NCBI GenBank assembly: GCA_037379345.1
Contig: CM074515.1
Span: forward strand, 10,788,001-10,852,000
Length of the DNA: 64,000 nt
Reading direction: 5' to 3'
Origin: Perna viridis
Lineage: Eukaryota
This document shows positions 1 through 15,700 of this stretch, piece after piece; position 1 is the first letter of the stretch, and the number at the start of each line of letters is the position of its first letter. Both the position numbers and the translations under genes were made by a program. The notes under the pieces were generated by a model. That model was not told where the DNA came from. It ran no database searches and saw nothing but the letters and a program-made list of their open reading frames with translations.

Positions 1-3000
1 ATATTATTTTAGCATTGAGTGTATTTCTTTAGTTAAAATAACCACATCAGTTCTTAATTCCAGCTGATCACAATGGAAAATCCTCACTTTAATTAGAAGC
101 CAAACAATTTTTTCTCAGTCTTTTTATTGCTTTAGAATCCATTATCACTGATTATGTTGTGGTGTTATTACTTCCTTGACTTTTTTATTTTTTTCTCAGA
201 TTGTTTACTTTTAAAAAAAAAAATGAAATAAAATTTTGTCTTTTGATTTAGAATGGAAAATCCTTGTCTTAGATTTGCAAGGGACCTAAATAAATCTGGC
301 ATTCTCCAAAACATAAAATGCTCTGGATGTAAAGCATGCATCTGAGTTTGGTTAGGGTTTCTTGATGTATGTACTGATATTTTTTTTCTTCTTGCACTTA
401 AGAACGCTGAGAAAAGCAATAATTCACCATAAATAACTCAAACAGAGACACCCAACCAGTGATCTATATCATATTATGTCAACTTGTGCATAATTTCTGG
501 GTATAAACAACCCAGTTGTATGCTAGTCAGTTGTATAGTTTGGTATTTCTCCATGGCATGCCTTGTATGAAATAAAGCTGTGAGATGGGTATAATCCCCT
601 TACAGAAGGGTGTGGATCTACCAGTGTTATATACTGTTTTGAGTGACAGTAATACTGTATTGTTGTATAGTAGATTTTTTATTTCCCTGATCTTTGAACA
701 TTAATACCACTTCTGCAGGATTTGATGTAATCAGCTCTAGGACATGTGTGGTCTTAATTCTTCATATTAAGTCCTCAGGTAGTCTATGTAATATCTATAG
801 ACAATCCCTGTCTTAGAAAGGAGATTTTATTGGGTGGCCATACTTCCTGTTTAACCATGAATGAATTCATGAATGACAATTGTTACCACCATATATAGAA
901 AACAGTAAGCTTAAATTCATTTCAAGATAAATGTTATTTTTTTTTAACTAATTCAATACCTAATTTAATTGTCTGTGTTCTAGGACTTTGTATGGTCTTC
1001 GACCTTTGACATATTAGACCCTGTAAGCCTCTTGTCCATTAGATACAGATATGATGCCTAGCACTCTAACACCTGGTTAAGCAATAGTATTAAGGTAAAG
1101 TGCATCAATAGTGATCAGTAAACCATTACAGCAGATAAACTGTGTAAATCTGTTTGGAGTTTCACTGATAATCAATCAATAATAAACCCTTAATAGACCT
1201 TTGATATTGTGGACATGGTTCTTCAAATTGTGTTGATATTTTCTGATTATTTTATCTCAGTCAATGCATTATCTGCCAGATTTACATGTAATCTGTGAAT
1301 ATGTTTGACATGCTAATCCTTTTGAGTGGACATGGTCAGGCTGTCCACCATATACTACTGGTACCTTAAGTGATTACCTAAGCAAAGGCAGGGGTCAAAA
1401 TAAGCAATCTCCTTCTGACCTGTGACAACATATGTTATGACAGACAAGTCAAAGTAGAACTGAGCTTGTCCCTGGGTCACCGAAGTTTGTATGCTTGACC
1501 AATAGGTCCAATTTTTTTCTACCTCTGTAAAAAGCAGGTTGATGTTACAAAATTGATATTTAGTATTACCCACCAAATTGCATTAAACTTAAGATTATAG
1601 CTCATTGTCAATAGTTAATTCCTACCCAATTAATTTCTGGTAACACAGCTGAATTACTGCACTGTCAACTAACACAGCACTATATTGGCCATGTTAGAGC
1701 ATGGGCTAAGGTGCTGACTGTAGATGATATTTTTATCTTGTCTCTGACCACTAACTGGCCATTAGAATAATAAATCCTTGCCTGCCAATCTCACTGTAAT
1801 GAAATTCTATTTGTTTTGATGGACATTTCCAATAAAAAGCAGTTTGTGCCTCTAATTAAATACTCAGGCTTCTGATTAATTACAGTAATTATCTCAGTGG
1901 GGAAGAATTTACTGCAAAGCTGCCTTCAGATACTGACCCATATATCAAAACCTGGCATAGGATTCTTATAATTTTCTAGGCACTGGTCAACAGACATTCT
2001 TTAGTTTTAGACAATTCATCATTGTGTCATGTTATCTCTAATTGATTGGCAATTTTAGTATGGAATGGAAACAGTCATTTAGCATGATTAGGTTGATTCT
2101 ACATGGCTAACATTTAGAAGGGGGGCAATTTTGAGTTCTGTTTTCAGATATTATATGGTGGTATTTGTTACTTGCAGAAGAACAGTCTTTGAAAGGCAGA
2201 CATCATAAAGTTCTGATTAAGCCCTTAGCAAAAGTTGTTGCATGGTTTCCATCCTAGGTTAAGGTCAAAGTAATGGCCTGCAATAAATAGGAAAAGATAA
2301 AATAAATGGACAAATTACATTGTAATGACCACTAACTATAAGACCCTATAGAAGGTATGATAACAGATTGTGTTGTGTCAAATTCCCCAGTGGAGAAATT
2401 CTACTCTTTAATCATATCCATGTTCACTTGTAAAACTCTTTAGGTCAGTATTTGTGTCATGAAATTTTCTGTCTGGTTAAAATGGTCCATTGGAAATTTA
2501 GTCATTAATTTTGATACTTAAGCCATAATTTGTAGACCGGACCACCTGTTACTTGGATGAGTTAATGACACATGAGGAGGAATGTGATGTAACATTCTGA
2601 TAAATTACCTCCCCTTACTGTTATATCTTCATCAATAACAGCTCCCTGTAGAAGCATCAAACAAAATGGAAATTTAATGGTCAATAAAAGGAAATAGTCT
2701 GAAGTGTCCAGTTGGTGTGGACAGTTAGAATTCATGCTGTTTTAAGTGGGTAGTTAAAATCAATCAATATTTGTCAAGTTTAAAAATCAATGAGACAGAT
2801 CCATGTTTAAATGACAATAAGGAGAAATGCAATATGTCCATCAATATGGTCAAAAATGCCACCTATCAAAGTTAGGATAGCCATAGTCTTTTCTATAGAT
2901 CAAAGAGTAAGCAAGGACAACTTTGCAAATCTTCCTTTAGGCTTTTTCTTGTTATTATCACATTCACAAACTTGGAAATAAAATAACAAAATTATTTTTA

Positions 3001-3479
3001 CTGTAAACTTCCATGCAATGAATGTCAGATATACGTAGTTCATTTAGTATTTTGTTGGTTTATTTAGGTATTGTCAATGTAAATAGAAGTGCAGTAACAG
3101 GTGTCCATGTTATCTTCACATCTTTGAAAACTATAAAACTCAGGTGTTTCAAATCATTGATATTTGATCAAATCAGATTTTTATGCTATATTACAAGATG
3201 GAGTTGCACTTTCAAAGGGAAGTTCACATGTATGCATACATATCATGGTAATATCATGATCCAGTGTCATAACATCTGAGAGTATCTGCAACCAGAAAGT
3301 CTGCTATTACAAATGGAAAAAAGCTTTGATGATATATTTGTGAGAAATGATATTCTTTGTGAATGTCTAAATGTACAAGTATAGACAACATGAAACAATG
3401 TTTTAATTGAAAGTTTTTTTTAACGATAGCTGTTTTATGTCATCTACAAAATTAAGTAGCATCATTGTGTCTTTTTCAG

Positions 3480-3794
3480 CTGCCTCAAGCTTGCCTAACC
3501 CACGAATTGTTGAACACCCTCAAGATGGATACGTGGCAAAGGATGAACCTGCTTCTCTGAACTGTCGAGCTGAGGGTGACCCTAAACCTAAAATAACATG
3601 GTATAGAAATGGTATCACTGTGGAAACCAGTCCTCAAAACCCTTATTCGAATCGTATGATCTTCCCTGATGGCAAATTATTCTTTTTAAGTGTTGTTCAC
3701 AATAAAAAGGATACTGACACAGGAGTTTATTACTGCAATGCTACAAACAGGCATGGAACCGCCATCAGTCGGAATGCAACACTTTCTATTGCAG
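3480..3794 (+). CDS. robo: Robo exon, Ig1 (Slit-binding domain)
   Basis: ttttcag acceptor, G|gtgggt donor; LPNPRIVEHPQDGYVAKDEPASLNC...GVYYCNATNRHG. Confidence 0.95.
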
Positions 3795-6700
3795 GTGGGT
3801 AGTTCTGGTTGTTACACCAAAGTTTGAGTACTTCATACAAAAACCTTGTACCGGTAACTAATCATTGCAGTACTGCATGAGTTAAGTAGATATCGCTTAT
3901 ATAGAGCCTCAACCTATAAAAAAACCTTCAAAAGTTGTTTGTTTTGACTGAGGCATGTACTCTGATTATTCTTGGATCAATCCTTGCATATCAATTTGGA
4001 GGAAGCAACCTACCCCATAGCATGTGCCTGTCCTTTAATGTCAGTAATACTTGTCTTTACAGTGTGTCATAATTGTCAAATACGTCACAGTTTCATAGAA
4101 CAAATAATATGGCAAACAACACAAAAAATTTGTAATCTAAATTGATACTAACTGTAACAGCTTCAACTCATTAGGGGAAAAGTACATACTGTATAAATAT
4201 TGATTAAGGCATACTATAGAATCACATCAAAGGAAGCATGGAAAGGACTCGCATATTCACAAATTGTGCAGTACTTGCATATGATATGACACCATATGTG
4301 GATCATTAATCACGTGAGACAAGGAACTCAGATTGTACAAATTACTTCTTCTTTGTTCTGATGGCTTCTCTCAATAACAAACAATAAAATGTCACACAAG
4401 TTGTAGGATAGTGACAGTAGCTGTAATAATAGGTACTTCTGTCTACACTTGACTTAAACAAACATGTGCTCTATAGAATCTCATTGTCTGTAACACAAAG
4501 GAATAGAAGTATTTCAGGGGTCAGGGAAGAAGTTTGAATCTTGGTAAGGAATGGTAATCACATATATAATGTAGGGCTTTGTCACTCTGTCTGTCTGTGT
4601 AGTTGGACAGTGATGTTTATTTAATTAGGTTCATCTTGGTTTTACATATTCATTAAGATGAAACAACAGATTATATGAAGATCTGATGGTTTCTAGATAA
4701 TATTTTTAGATGCACACATTCCTGCAGTTTTTCTATTATTTTTTTTATGAAATATATCCCCCTATAATGAATTGTCCCACAAAGTCTGTTTATATGGTAA
4801 TCAATGACTTACATTGGTACTATCACACCTAAATCACGTTCCTAGTTTATCACACCAAATCACGTTCCTAGTTACAAAATTTAAATTTAAGACAGGAAGT
4901 GTTTTAGATATAGAGCCTTTTCAAACACCAGAGATTTCCCCCTTTTTTTTTAAAGAAGGAGATTTGATGTGAACTTAAGTTTTGATCTGCAAGTAAAATT
5001 CTACTTGAAAAAAAAAGAGAAAATATTGATAAATTTACTTTGTAAAATGGTAGTATTTTATCTATGTAGAAAGCGAGATGAACAGATAGTTGTATTCCCT
5101 CCACAAAATGACTGACCCATCAAATTTCAAATTTTCTCTTTCAAACCAAGTCCCTGTATATTTTTGCATGGGTTTGAAGATGAAGAAGGTAATTGTACGA
5201 GTTCACCCATTTTGTTATTGATTGGGAAGTTCTTGTCCTTGTTAAAAGATTTTCTTCAAAAGATTTTACCTTTTTCTTTCAGTGAATAAAAAGAATTATA
5301 GTATTTAAGAAGAGTTACTTCCCCTTTTAGATTCTAATGCCATTTTGATTAAGAGAAAAACTTAATTAAAACAAAATGAATCAAATACTATTACCATGAG
5401 TTCCCACCCATCTGATGCTAAATCTTTGATGAAATTATCACCAATAACATGTGTATTCCAGGTTTACTGGTTGTTAAAAACATAAATAGTTACAAAAATT
5501 ACAGAATTATTATTGTTTTATGGTTTTTTCCTAATGTTCAAGTGCAGCAATATGGTTGAATGCATCCAAATGACAACTTTTTTGCAATATATCATAAATT
5601 TTATTAGCTCTTGCATTGCCTTGCACTAAACGCAATTTTATTTTATGTCCCAGAAAAATTTTTTTAGGTACAAGAGATTATAGATATAATAGGATTATTA
5701 TCCTAATGTTAGTGACAGATGGTAGGTGGTCTAACTTGAAATACCAAAAGAAATGTTTTTAGTTGCAGTTAAATTGATCAGGTTCAATTTTCTTGAAAAG
5801 TGAGTTATCTCTCTTCTTAGAAAAAGATTATATTTTTAAAGGAGTATCACCCCCTTCCTTTTCAGAAAATTTTCTCAGACACTAAATACTGCAAAATTTC
5901 AGTCTCTTTCTTTGGCATCTATTCATGTTTAAAGGCCACTTGTCAAAATTTTTGGTGGACCATTTGTGATGAAGATATACATAGCAGTACATATGTATGT
6001 TAGCTTAGCAGTGTAGAAGAAAAAGAATGAAATAAAAACGAGTAGAAAGGAAAGAAAGAAAGATGTTTTCAAATCATCACTAAAGATAATAGTATGTTAT
6101 TACATCATTAACAATTTTATCTTTTGGAACATAAAAGTGAGTGGGTCACAAGTTATCAAAAGCCTTTTGTTATGTAACGAAACATCATATCACACATTGC
6201 CCCTTGCTTACACCCCCTTTGTGAAATATCTGGCTCTCAAGATTGAAACTGTAGACTTTCATAGATTGTTATCCTTGCTATAACTAACATGATCAAAAAT
6301 AAGGGTTTTTAATATCTGTTTCTGATCTAACCCCAAGAAAGTGATATCACCAACTTCATTTTCATTTTGATAGAAGGAAGTTGATCATGTTATTTCAGCT
6401 GTATGAGGCTTGATTTGTTTGTTTGTCTAAGTTTGTCTGTGAAATGAGCAGTTGTTTAGATAAAACACGCCAGTTTCTTTGATTACCCATAAAACACATA
6501 GTTCTCTGCGAAAAACACAAGAAATTGATTGGGGAAACAACAAAATATATATACATAGAGAAGTATCAGTGGCTAACTTAATCACAAAAATCTTAGTTTG
6601 ATTGTAGAATACAGTTTAGCTGGGGTTATAGTGCCAGGCTGACTTTGATGATTAAATAGATAGGTGAAATTGCTCTGTTTACGTAATTGTTTTGAATCAA

Positions 6701-9700
6701 AATGATCTTCATTTTACAAACTGGTAAAAACTAAGATTCAGAAGATTTAATTCAATATCTATCTTTGTTTTGTAGATTTGAAAATAACTAAATATAACAA
6801 GCTTTTTTTATTTTTGCTTTCAATAAAATAAACTGTATATAGTACAACATACTTCTGTTCTATGTTTTACATGTCTAAATGTGTTTCAGTTCTGAGGAGT
6901 GAATTTCGACTTCAGCCAAAGAACGTATCTACAGCCATTGGGGACACAGTACGATTCCAGTGTCGTCCTCCAAGAGGTGAACCAGAACCAAGAATTATCT
7001 GGAAGAAAGATAACGAACAAATAATCAGTGGTCCTAGTAACACCAGATTTGTTGTCACTGACAATGGGTCACTGAACATTAGCCAAGTAAGGAAACAGGA
7101 CGCGGGAATCTTCACCTGTATAGCTATCAACCAGGCTGGACAGAAAGAGAGTGCCCCTGCAGTTCTCAGAGTCATAGGTATAGTGTTCAGGAATATGTCT
7201 CACTTATAATACCACCACTTTACAGGAGATATATGGTGATTATGGTGTCTATCTATGTTGATCCGTTTTTCTGTCCATAATTCGTTTGTTTTTGGTTTTT
7301 TTTCTGCAACTACATATTAACACCAAAAGATATTTTGACAGAAGCTTTATATAGGTATGCCACATCCTTGGATTTGATTTCAAAGTGAGGCAACATCAAC
7401 TTCCTGTTAAACAATTCATTTCAAATACTCATAACTCATTTTGGTTAGTAGGAAGAAAACAAAGTGAAGTTGACATCTTCCAATTAACTACTTTCAGGGG
7501 AGTATACATCATTTAAGGTCTAATGTACAAATAAAGGAAAGAGACAAATGTTAGTCTGTTTGATTCTCATACAAAGATAAGTCTTGTCAAAGTATATAGC
7601 TAATATCATTTCCTTTTGTCTTTGACTCCTACATAAATTCTATTATGATGAAAAACTAGATTTCAGAAGGCATTAAAGCATCCTGGAAAGGAGAAAATAT
7701 TAAACCCCCCAAAAAAGATCAAAATAAACTAGAATAATAAAAAATAGACAATAATTTTTATGGTGATATTGTTTAATGTTTGATTTTCAGAGAAGCCAAG
7801 TTTCAGAAGGTTCCCTATAGATATAACAACAAGGCTTGGCAAGACAGTAGATTTCCCGTGCGATGTTGTTGGGGATAAACCTTTACAAGTCACATGGAGG
7901 AAAGAAAAAGGAAAGATTGGTAGAATTACTACATTACGAGATCATACGTTACGTATTGAACAGGTGACCAGAGAGGATCATGGGATATATGTTTGTGTTG
8001 CCAAGAACCAAGTTGGAGAGGCAGAAGCTGTAGCAAGACTCAATGTTGAATGTAAGTTTTTTTAATAAAAAACTTTGACTAAATATTAGTATCTGATACT
8101 TTGAAAGCTGTCAAGACTGTCTGAATAGACACCTTGAACTAGTGCATTTTGTTACAGCAGGTAAAGTAGTTAAATTCAGAAGAAAATTATGGTCTCTCCG
8201 TGATCACATGACCATAACTTTTGTAGAAAAATAGACTTTCCGTGATCATATGACTCTTACTACAGAAGAAAAATATAGTCTTTCTGTGATCATATGACCA
8301 TAAACTTAGGATATCCATCAGGAAATAGTCATTCTATCAATGGAAAATCAGTTCTATTCTCTAAAGTAAATTTGCTAAATTTGTATAAAATGAACAATAA
8401 AACCTTTAACATTGACGTATAGGGGTTTCAGAAGTTTTTAAATAATAGGGGATTTAGTTTTTGTTGATAATTGCTTCTAGATCTGTAAGTTTTCTGTCTG
8501 TGTGGTCACTATCAATTTATTAATTTGAAGAAACTTCTATTGAACTTGCATTGCCAGTTTAGGCATGTTTAATGGAAATAGTACATTTTGAAAAGGGTGA
8601 CATAATTGAACAAATTATTACACAGTGATACTGTAATACAAAATAACATAATAGCCCTTGGAGGAAAAAATGTTTTCACCAGAATATCAAGTGTCAGAAA
8701 AATAATTTTGACAAGTTTATAGCAATGGTGTTTTAATTGGTGTGAATTTGATATTTCCTGTGCAGTATCTGTACATAAATAGAATGAAGAGTTATCTCAC
8801 CTTAGTTTTATCTGTAAGGAAGATAGGTTGGAGCCACATCAATAAAAGTGATGCCCTTTTTCATTACAAGAAGTCATAATTAGATGAAATATACTGCTGA
8901 AATACAGATAAACCCATAGTAATTATTTACAATTAAATTTTGTGCCTTGCTTGGGTTAAACTTCGGAATGTGCTTATTCTGCAATATCTAAGGTTTCTTG
9001 TGTTTGAAGATTGCCTCTGTTTGGTTATAATGATCAAGAACAAGAATTATTTTAGTTAATGACAGTTTTGCATTGTCTTTTGCTGATTGAGAACTCGCTG
9101 GCTCCATATAAGATGAGTTACTAGTGTTTATGTTATAATAAAACTTGTATAAAGTTAACCAACTTAAAAGTTAACAATTTTAATCTGTTTTAATAAGGTG
9201 TATGGAAGTCTTTGTGAAAATTATTTAATAATATTCTATATTGTTTTGGTCAATAACTGCTCTATGCTTCCAAAAGTGAAATGTTTCTACGATAATTTCA
9301 GTTTTTTTTTCTACATTACAATCAGATAAGATGGGGTAATGTTTATCATGTATCATCTTGAACAAATTGATTATTTTCAAAAACTGAATGTCTCCATCAG
9401 ATGTCTCTCAACCAGTCTGTTTGTTAATCACATCAAAATCGTCTCCCTATCTGGGACCAGTCCTGCAGCGCGACATTACATAATCTCTAAGCTGCTTCCT
9501 AGTAGATTAAAAATGCAGGCACACTCCTGTGCAAATTGGTGATTTCAGAGATTGTCAAAGAGGACTCCCGCCATATGACAAAATTATTTCTAACCCCTAC
9601 TAGGTGGAATGGTAGCTAATTGCAATGATCCCAGGAAGATATTTTTATAATGTTATGTATATGATAAAAAGAATCGTCAAACTGTGAGAAATGCTGAGAC

Positions 9701-12700
9701 TATCAGTTAGAGCCCCTGAACATTTTCTCCTTGGAGACAAAAAATTGTCAAGATATTTACTGACTTATGTCTCAGATAAGGAGGAATTCTTTAAAGATAA
9801 AATCTTCAGTACTCTGGTGCCCTGTTCACTTATATCTGTTATATCCTGTCTTCTGTTGGTCTTCTATATTGATTGGCAAGTTTTAAGAACTAAACATGTT
9901 TAGAGTGTGATCAATATACAACCTTTATTTTAAGGCCATTGTATGATTCTTTCAATAGTACATCATAGTTTACTTATTATTTTAAAGAAAATTTTCGTAT
10001 GGATCCTGGTTCTTGAAGGGTCTAATAGCTTTGTAAAATGAATTCTCAAAGACAGCTTATGAAATTGCCCTACCATTTTTACTCAGATATTTTTCTACAT
10101 GATTATTTGCATTCAGTTCTCAGATTTTTCTTACCAACTTGCCCTCTTTAAAAAATCATCTTGGCTCCTCCATCCAAGATAGTTAATTGTTAAGTTAATA
10201 GTTATGGTATATTGTATATTATGATTTGACTAAGCCTTATCTCAGGTAGAAATTCACTTTATTGATATTTTATGTTGCCTTTGACAATGTGATGATTTTT
10301 TATTGATATTTTATGACTTTGTCATTGATTAACCTGATCATGTTGACTTCACCAGAAATTCATAGAGAGTTAAATGTAAATCTTATCTAAGTGTATAGGG
10401 TTTTAAGTTATTCAATGTCTACTCTATGTTCAGTTTGTGGATGATTTATGCAGATTGTATAACCAAAAAAACAACAATATAGAATATATAAATCAAACAA
10501 TATAGATCTAAACAGCAAAAACTTCAGACAGTTTATAAATAACTGGGATCATTCTTTAAACTATTAAAAGGTACTTAAATTGCTTCACAGGCCATCAGGC
10601 TTGCATATAATAATTTTTATTATCAATTTTTCATTTTTTTTTATAAATGGCATCCTATTAGATGTGAGATAGTTGTGGATGTAAACATATGTCATTAGAT
10701 GTACAGATCTATTTCTGCAGTGTAATACTTTCCTTTGTTAAAGGTCTTCTTCTTATTATTCAGCTTCTTATGAAAACGTATTAATTGAAACCACCAGAGA
10801 TGGATGTTTCCTTAGTTTTCCACTTTTCGAGTTTTAGGACCTTGAGAACTTGTGTGGTAGTATATTTTTTTTTGGAAATTTAAAATATGACAGGGATGTG
10901 GCTGATGTTGAATCAAGGTTTAAATATTGCTAAAAGAAACATATAAGCTTATGTTGTATGTTAATTGTAGCTGTGCCTTGGGTAGAAGTACCTGCTTTCC
11001 ATCTTGATTGGTTAAAATAAAGGTTTAGATGAAAAGTAGACATTTAAGTTGAAGATAAACACTGGAACAGTTTTATTATCTCCTGGCATATCTATTTTAT
11101 ACAGATTTATTTGTTGTAAAGTCTTGTTAGATTTATAGTGTAGATAATGCAATGTCACAAGAATAACATAGTCTAGGGATTGACGATCCAGGTTAAGTTT
11201 AACACCGGTCAAGTAGATTACTGGTATTCCGTTAAGCTCCAAGTTTGTTTTAAGGAGTCACTGAAATAAAGTTTATCCTAAATAATTTGTTTTAAAGAAG
11301 GAATAATCCACATATTTTTATAGGACTACATTCTGATGTTCTACCCAAAATCCATTTGAACTTAGGTAGTACCCTAAGTTAATGGTATGCCTTCTTAAAG
11401 TATTGCAAGGAAATTGACCTGGTATTGAAAAATATAACATGTTATTTCCATCAGCTTTTAACCAAATCCCAAAAGTACACTGATGAATATGTAAGGAAAA
11501 ATTTGAACAAGTTGTTATTATGTCCTGACAATGTTCATTTTTCATTAACATGCTTTGTTTAGTGTCTAATGTTGTGATGTTTTTATTGTCCATGAAATAT
11601 ATTTCATTTGTGATGTACATAACACAGTTTGTTTAGCATTTTCTTTATGTATGTTATAGTCATAGGTTTTTGTACTGTAAGTGAGATAATCTGTTGACTT
11701 GGTTTTATTCCCTTGAAAATTATTAAACTGACAGCTTTATTGATTGAAAAAACTCCTTTAAAATAGTTGATATTTTTGTTAATTTTTTATATTAAAAAAA
11801 AATTTAAATGTGTATGAAAAAGGTTTATTCTTTAATATATCAGACCTTCAGTAAAATGGCTAGACAACGTTTTATTTTTACAAAAAGGGTAGATGTAATA
11901 ATGGCAGTAATAAATATAGAACAGCTTGGTTTATGGGTATAGGAGAACAGGTTATACTGTCATAATAATATAATTATTGTGTTAAAACATCACAGTATGA
12001 TAAGGTTAAAAGATAATTGTAAATTATTGAACTTTTTCTCTAACACATGCATAGAAAAAGCGTAATCAGAACTGAGTTGATACAATTATAAATGGTTGCC
12101 TGTCAGTTTGGTATATCAAGTAAAGATGTGATGTAGCTGAACTATCTGCTTTATTTGTAATGTTTGTTTGTACTATTGATTTTTCATTACCAGTCTCAGT
12201 CCTGAAAAGTTAATTTTTTGCTCGGCTCTGTCAGAAGTCGGATATTTTTTTTTATTTCATTATGTTAGGTTATCTATTTCTCACTACCAAACAAAAGTAA
12301 ATTACTTGAGCGAAAGAATCCATGTCAAATTTTTATTGACTTTGATAAAGATGTTGATCTATACAAAGCAAAGGCAGATAGAAAAAAATCACTGACCCCT
12401 GATTAATGTAAGGGACAGAATAAAGGGTTCTATAGCTGACCTAGGACTTACAGAGTAGAGCTGTTACATATACCTCCTCACTGACCCCTGATTAATGTAA
12501 GGGGGCAGAATAAAGGATTTCCTAGCTGTTACAGAGGTACATTGTCTGGGACTTTCAGAGTAGAGCTTTAAAATTTACCTAGAATTGTATAAATACAAGG
12601 TTTTTCCTTGCATCACAGATAGTGAAAGTAGATTTATTGGTCTATCTGTCTGTCTGTCAGTGTGTTTGTCATACTTAGGGAATGCCTATTTTGTGTAATC

Positions 12701-15700
12701 TGTAATTTCTTCAGAAAACATATAACAATCATTAGGTTATTTCTTCATAATAATAGTATTTAAACTTTATTTCAAAGACCTAACTTTTACATTTATTTCA
12801 TTTTAGATCCCCCAATTTTCAAAGTTCAACCCGTGAATAAAACAGTTGGCATAGGACGTTGTGTCAGTTTCCAGTGTGTTATTGAGGGTAATCCTACTCC
12901 CACTATATATTGGAGGAAAAAGAGCTCAAAATCAGAAAAGGTAAGGAGGAAACCAGATTGTATGATATGGTATTATGTGTCTATTTTTTAGAGGAAAAAT
13001 GGGTTTACTTTAGATGAAAATTTGTCCTGGGGAACAAAGGTTTTAAAACGGAAGAAAAAGATGCAAACTTTTAGACAGTTATTCGTGTACAAAATTATAA
13101 CTTGATCTGCATTTAAAGCTATAAAGCTTATTTTCAAAGCATGTTAACGAAAGTTAGATAAAGAAAAATGCCAAGTCTTTGGCTCTAACTTTAAGCCAAC
13201 GCTAACAATATTCCACAGTTATAACACGTTCTCCTTCACTTGAAATGCAACGTTTATAATGTTTGAAACAACTGTACAACTTGTAATTAACTTCCGATTT
13301 GTTTTGCTCAATTAAAAGCAATTTCAGATAGAACTATCTGTACTGGTTAAATTTGTTATATAACAGATCTGACTACATTTTCTTTCAACAATGTTGAACA
13401 GTATAGAGTTCCAATTTGATGCTCTTAAAAGAAGAAAATAAATATTTCATTATATTAATTGTATCAGTAGCCAGAAATATTTTTTTCTGTTAACCCTTGA
13501 GTTCTTGAATTTTTTAATTCAAGCAGTTTTAAATGCATGAATTAAAGTTTTGTGAAAAATGAATTTCTGCTGTTTTCTTTGACTTGAAGACAAGTTTATT
13601 TTATGAAGATGGTACATTGAAGTACAGATGGTTTTCCTTGTGGTATATAAGACTTCTGACATTGCATGTTCACAACTATTAAACCTGACTCATAAAATAC
13701 TGTTTTCTGTCATTAACTTTCATCAGAGCTTTTATATAAATTGGTCTACATTTGATGAACACTTAATAAAAATCCTGGGACTCAGTTATCACAAGCTGAG
13801 TGGTAATTAAGATAAAACCAGACATTTTTGTTTAGAAGAAAGATAAACAGTTTTTTCTTCATTTGATAAAATGCAGTAGTTGTTGGAAAAATCGAACTAT
13901 AATTGAGTGATTATCAAATCTATTGGGTTGATATATTGTGCAATAGTGGTGTACTGTTGGTTACTGAAGAGCAGTCAATAATAACAAATAAGGTCTAAGA
14001 TTGACAATTCAAGGGAGATAATTGGTTGATGGGTCATGACGTACATCAAATGTATCTACTATGGGCATTATTTAATTATAAGTTCTGAAGAAACTAAACT
14101 TTCACTGCCAAATGTTTATAATGTGTTGATATAAATGCCTGCTTAGCTGAAGAACCTCTTCTATCTTGAAATTACTTACTTGTAATTCTGCTTGTTTTTG
14201 CTGAGTGTGTTCAGTTGTTTTGTGACTAAAATGAAATTGTGAAAATGTAGTTCTATATTGACTGTAGTATTTACATTACAAATTCAAACTTTATGAGAAT
14301 TAAACTCTAAGTGTACATACCATAAGCCTAAGTACTATTTTTTTTCGTAACATTTGATTAACTTCTGAGTAAAAAGGTGTAGTAGTATTTCAGTACTCAA
14401 ATCTTTAAGAATCGGGCAAAATTGAAAAATGATGAATCATGCTCAAAAAAAAAAAACGCAATTTGGGCACATAGTTAAAATAGTCTATTGAAGACATTTT
14501 AAAAGTTTGTCTTAGACATGTCAGAGAGTTCAATGTTTCAATAGAATGATAGGACAAAGACAGTTTTTTCCTTTTGGTAATGAAATTGCAATGATTTTCA
14601 TATAATTTTATACCTTGAATTACTGACATTTAAAAAGAAATGAATGCCATATCCACATTGAAGGTAATATTTTGAATAAGATTTCATAGAAAGACTTTTG
14701 TGATTCACTCACTACTTGATTCTTGTGGAAAATAGGGCTTAAATACATCCTTCTGTAAAGATGTGTATTTGAAAAATTGGTATATGATTGATATACATAA
14801 ACATTGTTTCCATGGAAACAATGGTGTAACCATATCCTTTGCCCATGATAAAAGCTTGCCACATATTCAAGTATAATATATTATTTTGAGACATACTTGT
14901 GATGCAGCTTACTGGTAAGAAAGAGGATAAAGGAAAAAAAAAACCAATGATTTCGTTGTATTTAGAATGTTCAGATTGTTAAAGAGATTTCATCTAGAAT
15001 CCTGAAAAACAAATCAGTTACTGAAGTCATTCTACAGAAACCGTAGAAAAAATCCAGAAGAATTGGATCAACAACACAATCAGGCTTAATGCCTATTGAT
15101 TTCCAAGTATCTCATTATGATTCCCAAAGAAATCTTAGTTAACACTGGGCAAACCACACGTGTATCAAGTTTGATATCAGTATTAATTTGTATCGGTAGA
15201 GCTCAACCCATGACTCCATTTTAATCTGTCTTAGAAAATTATAAAAGTCATATTTTATACTTGATGGATATAAATTTAAGGATCATCTTTAGAAATAATG
15301 AAATTGAAGAAAACGACTTATAAGGGGTCATGATTGATTGTTGCGTTATTTATCAAAACAATAATCTTTGTTATAATAACTGACAACTTCCACACCACAC
15401 AAACCATGTGGTTTTTTTTTCTTCTTTCTTCACTGTTGATTAGGTTGTTGCTTTATATTGGGAATTAGAAACAAAAATTGTCATTAAAATTGAAGAGTTT
15501 TGTCTAAAATTAATTGAAGTTGTTTTATGTTATTCTCAATATTGTTCTATAGAATTCTGGATTCCCAACGCATTGAAGTGACGAGAAACAGAGAATGAAA
15601 TAAGTGATGCCTATTGATAAAATATAATTATGGAACTGTTCAAAGAGAATATTTTAAAAAAGGAAGAAATTTAGATATGAACAAAGAAAAAAGGACAGCG

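Noticed and set aside
1-3479. Robo signal-peptide exon or promoter
   Set aside because: No ATG-hydrophobic exon with a phase-1 donor was found; treated as intron.
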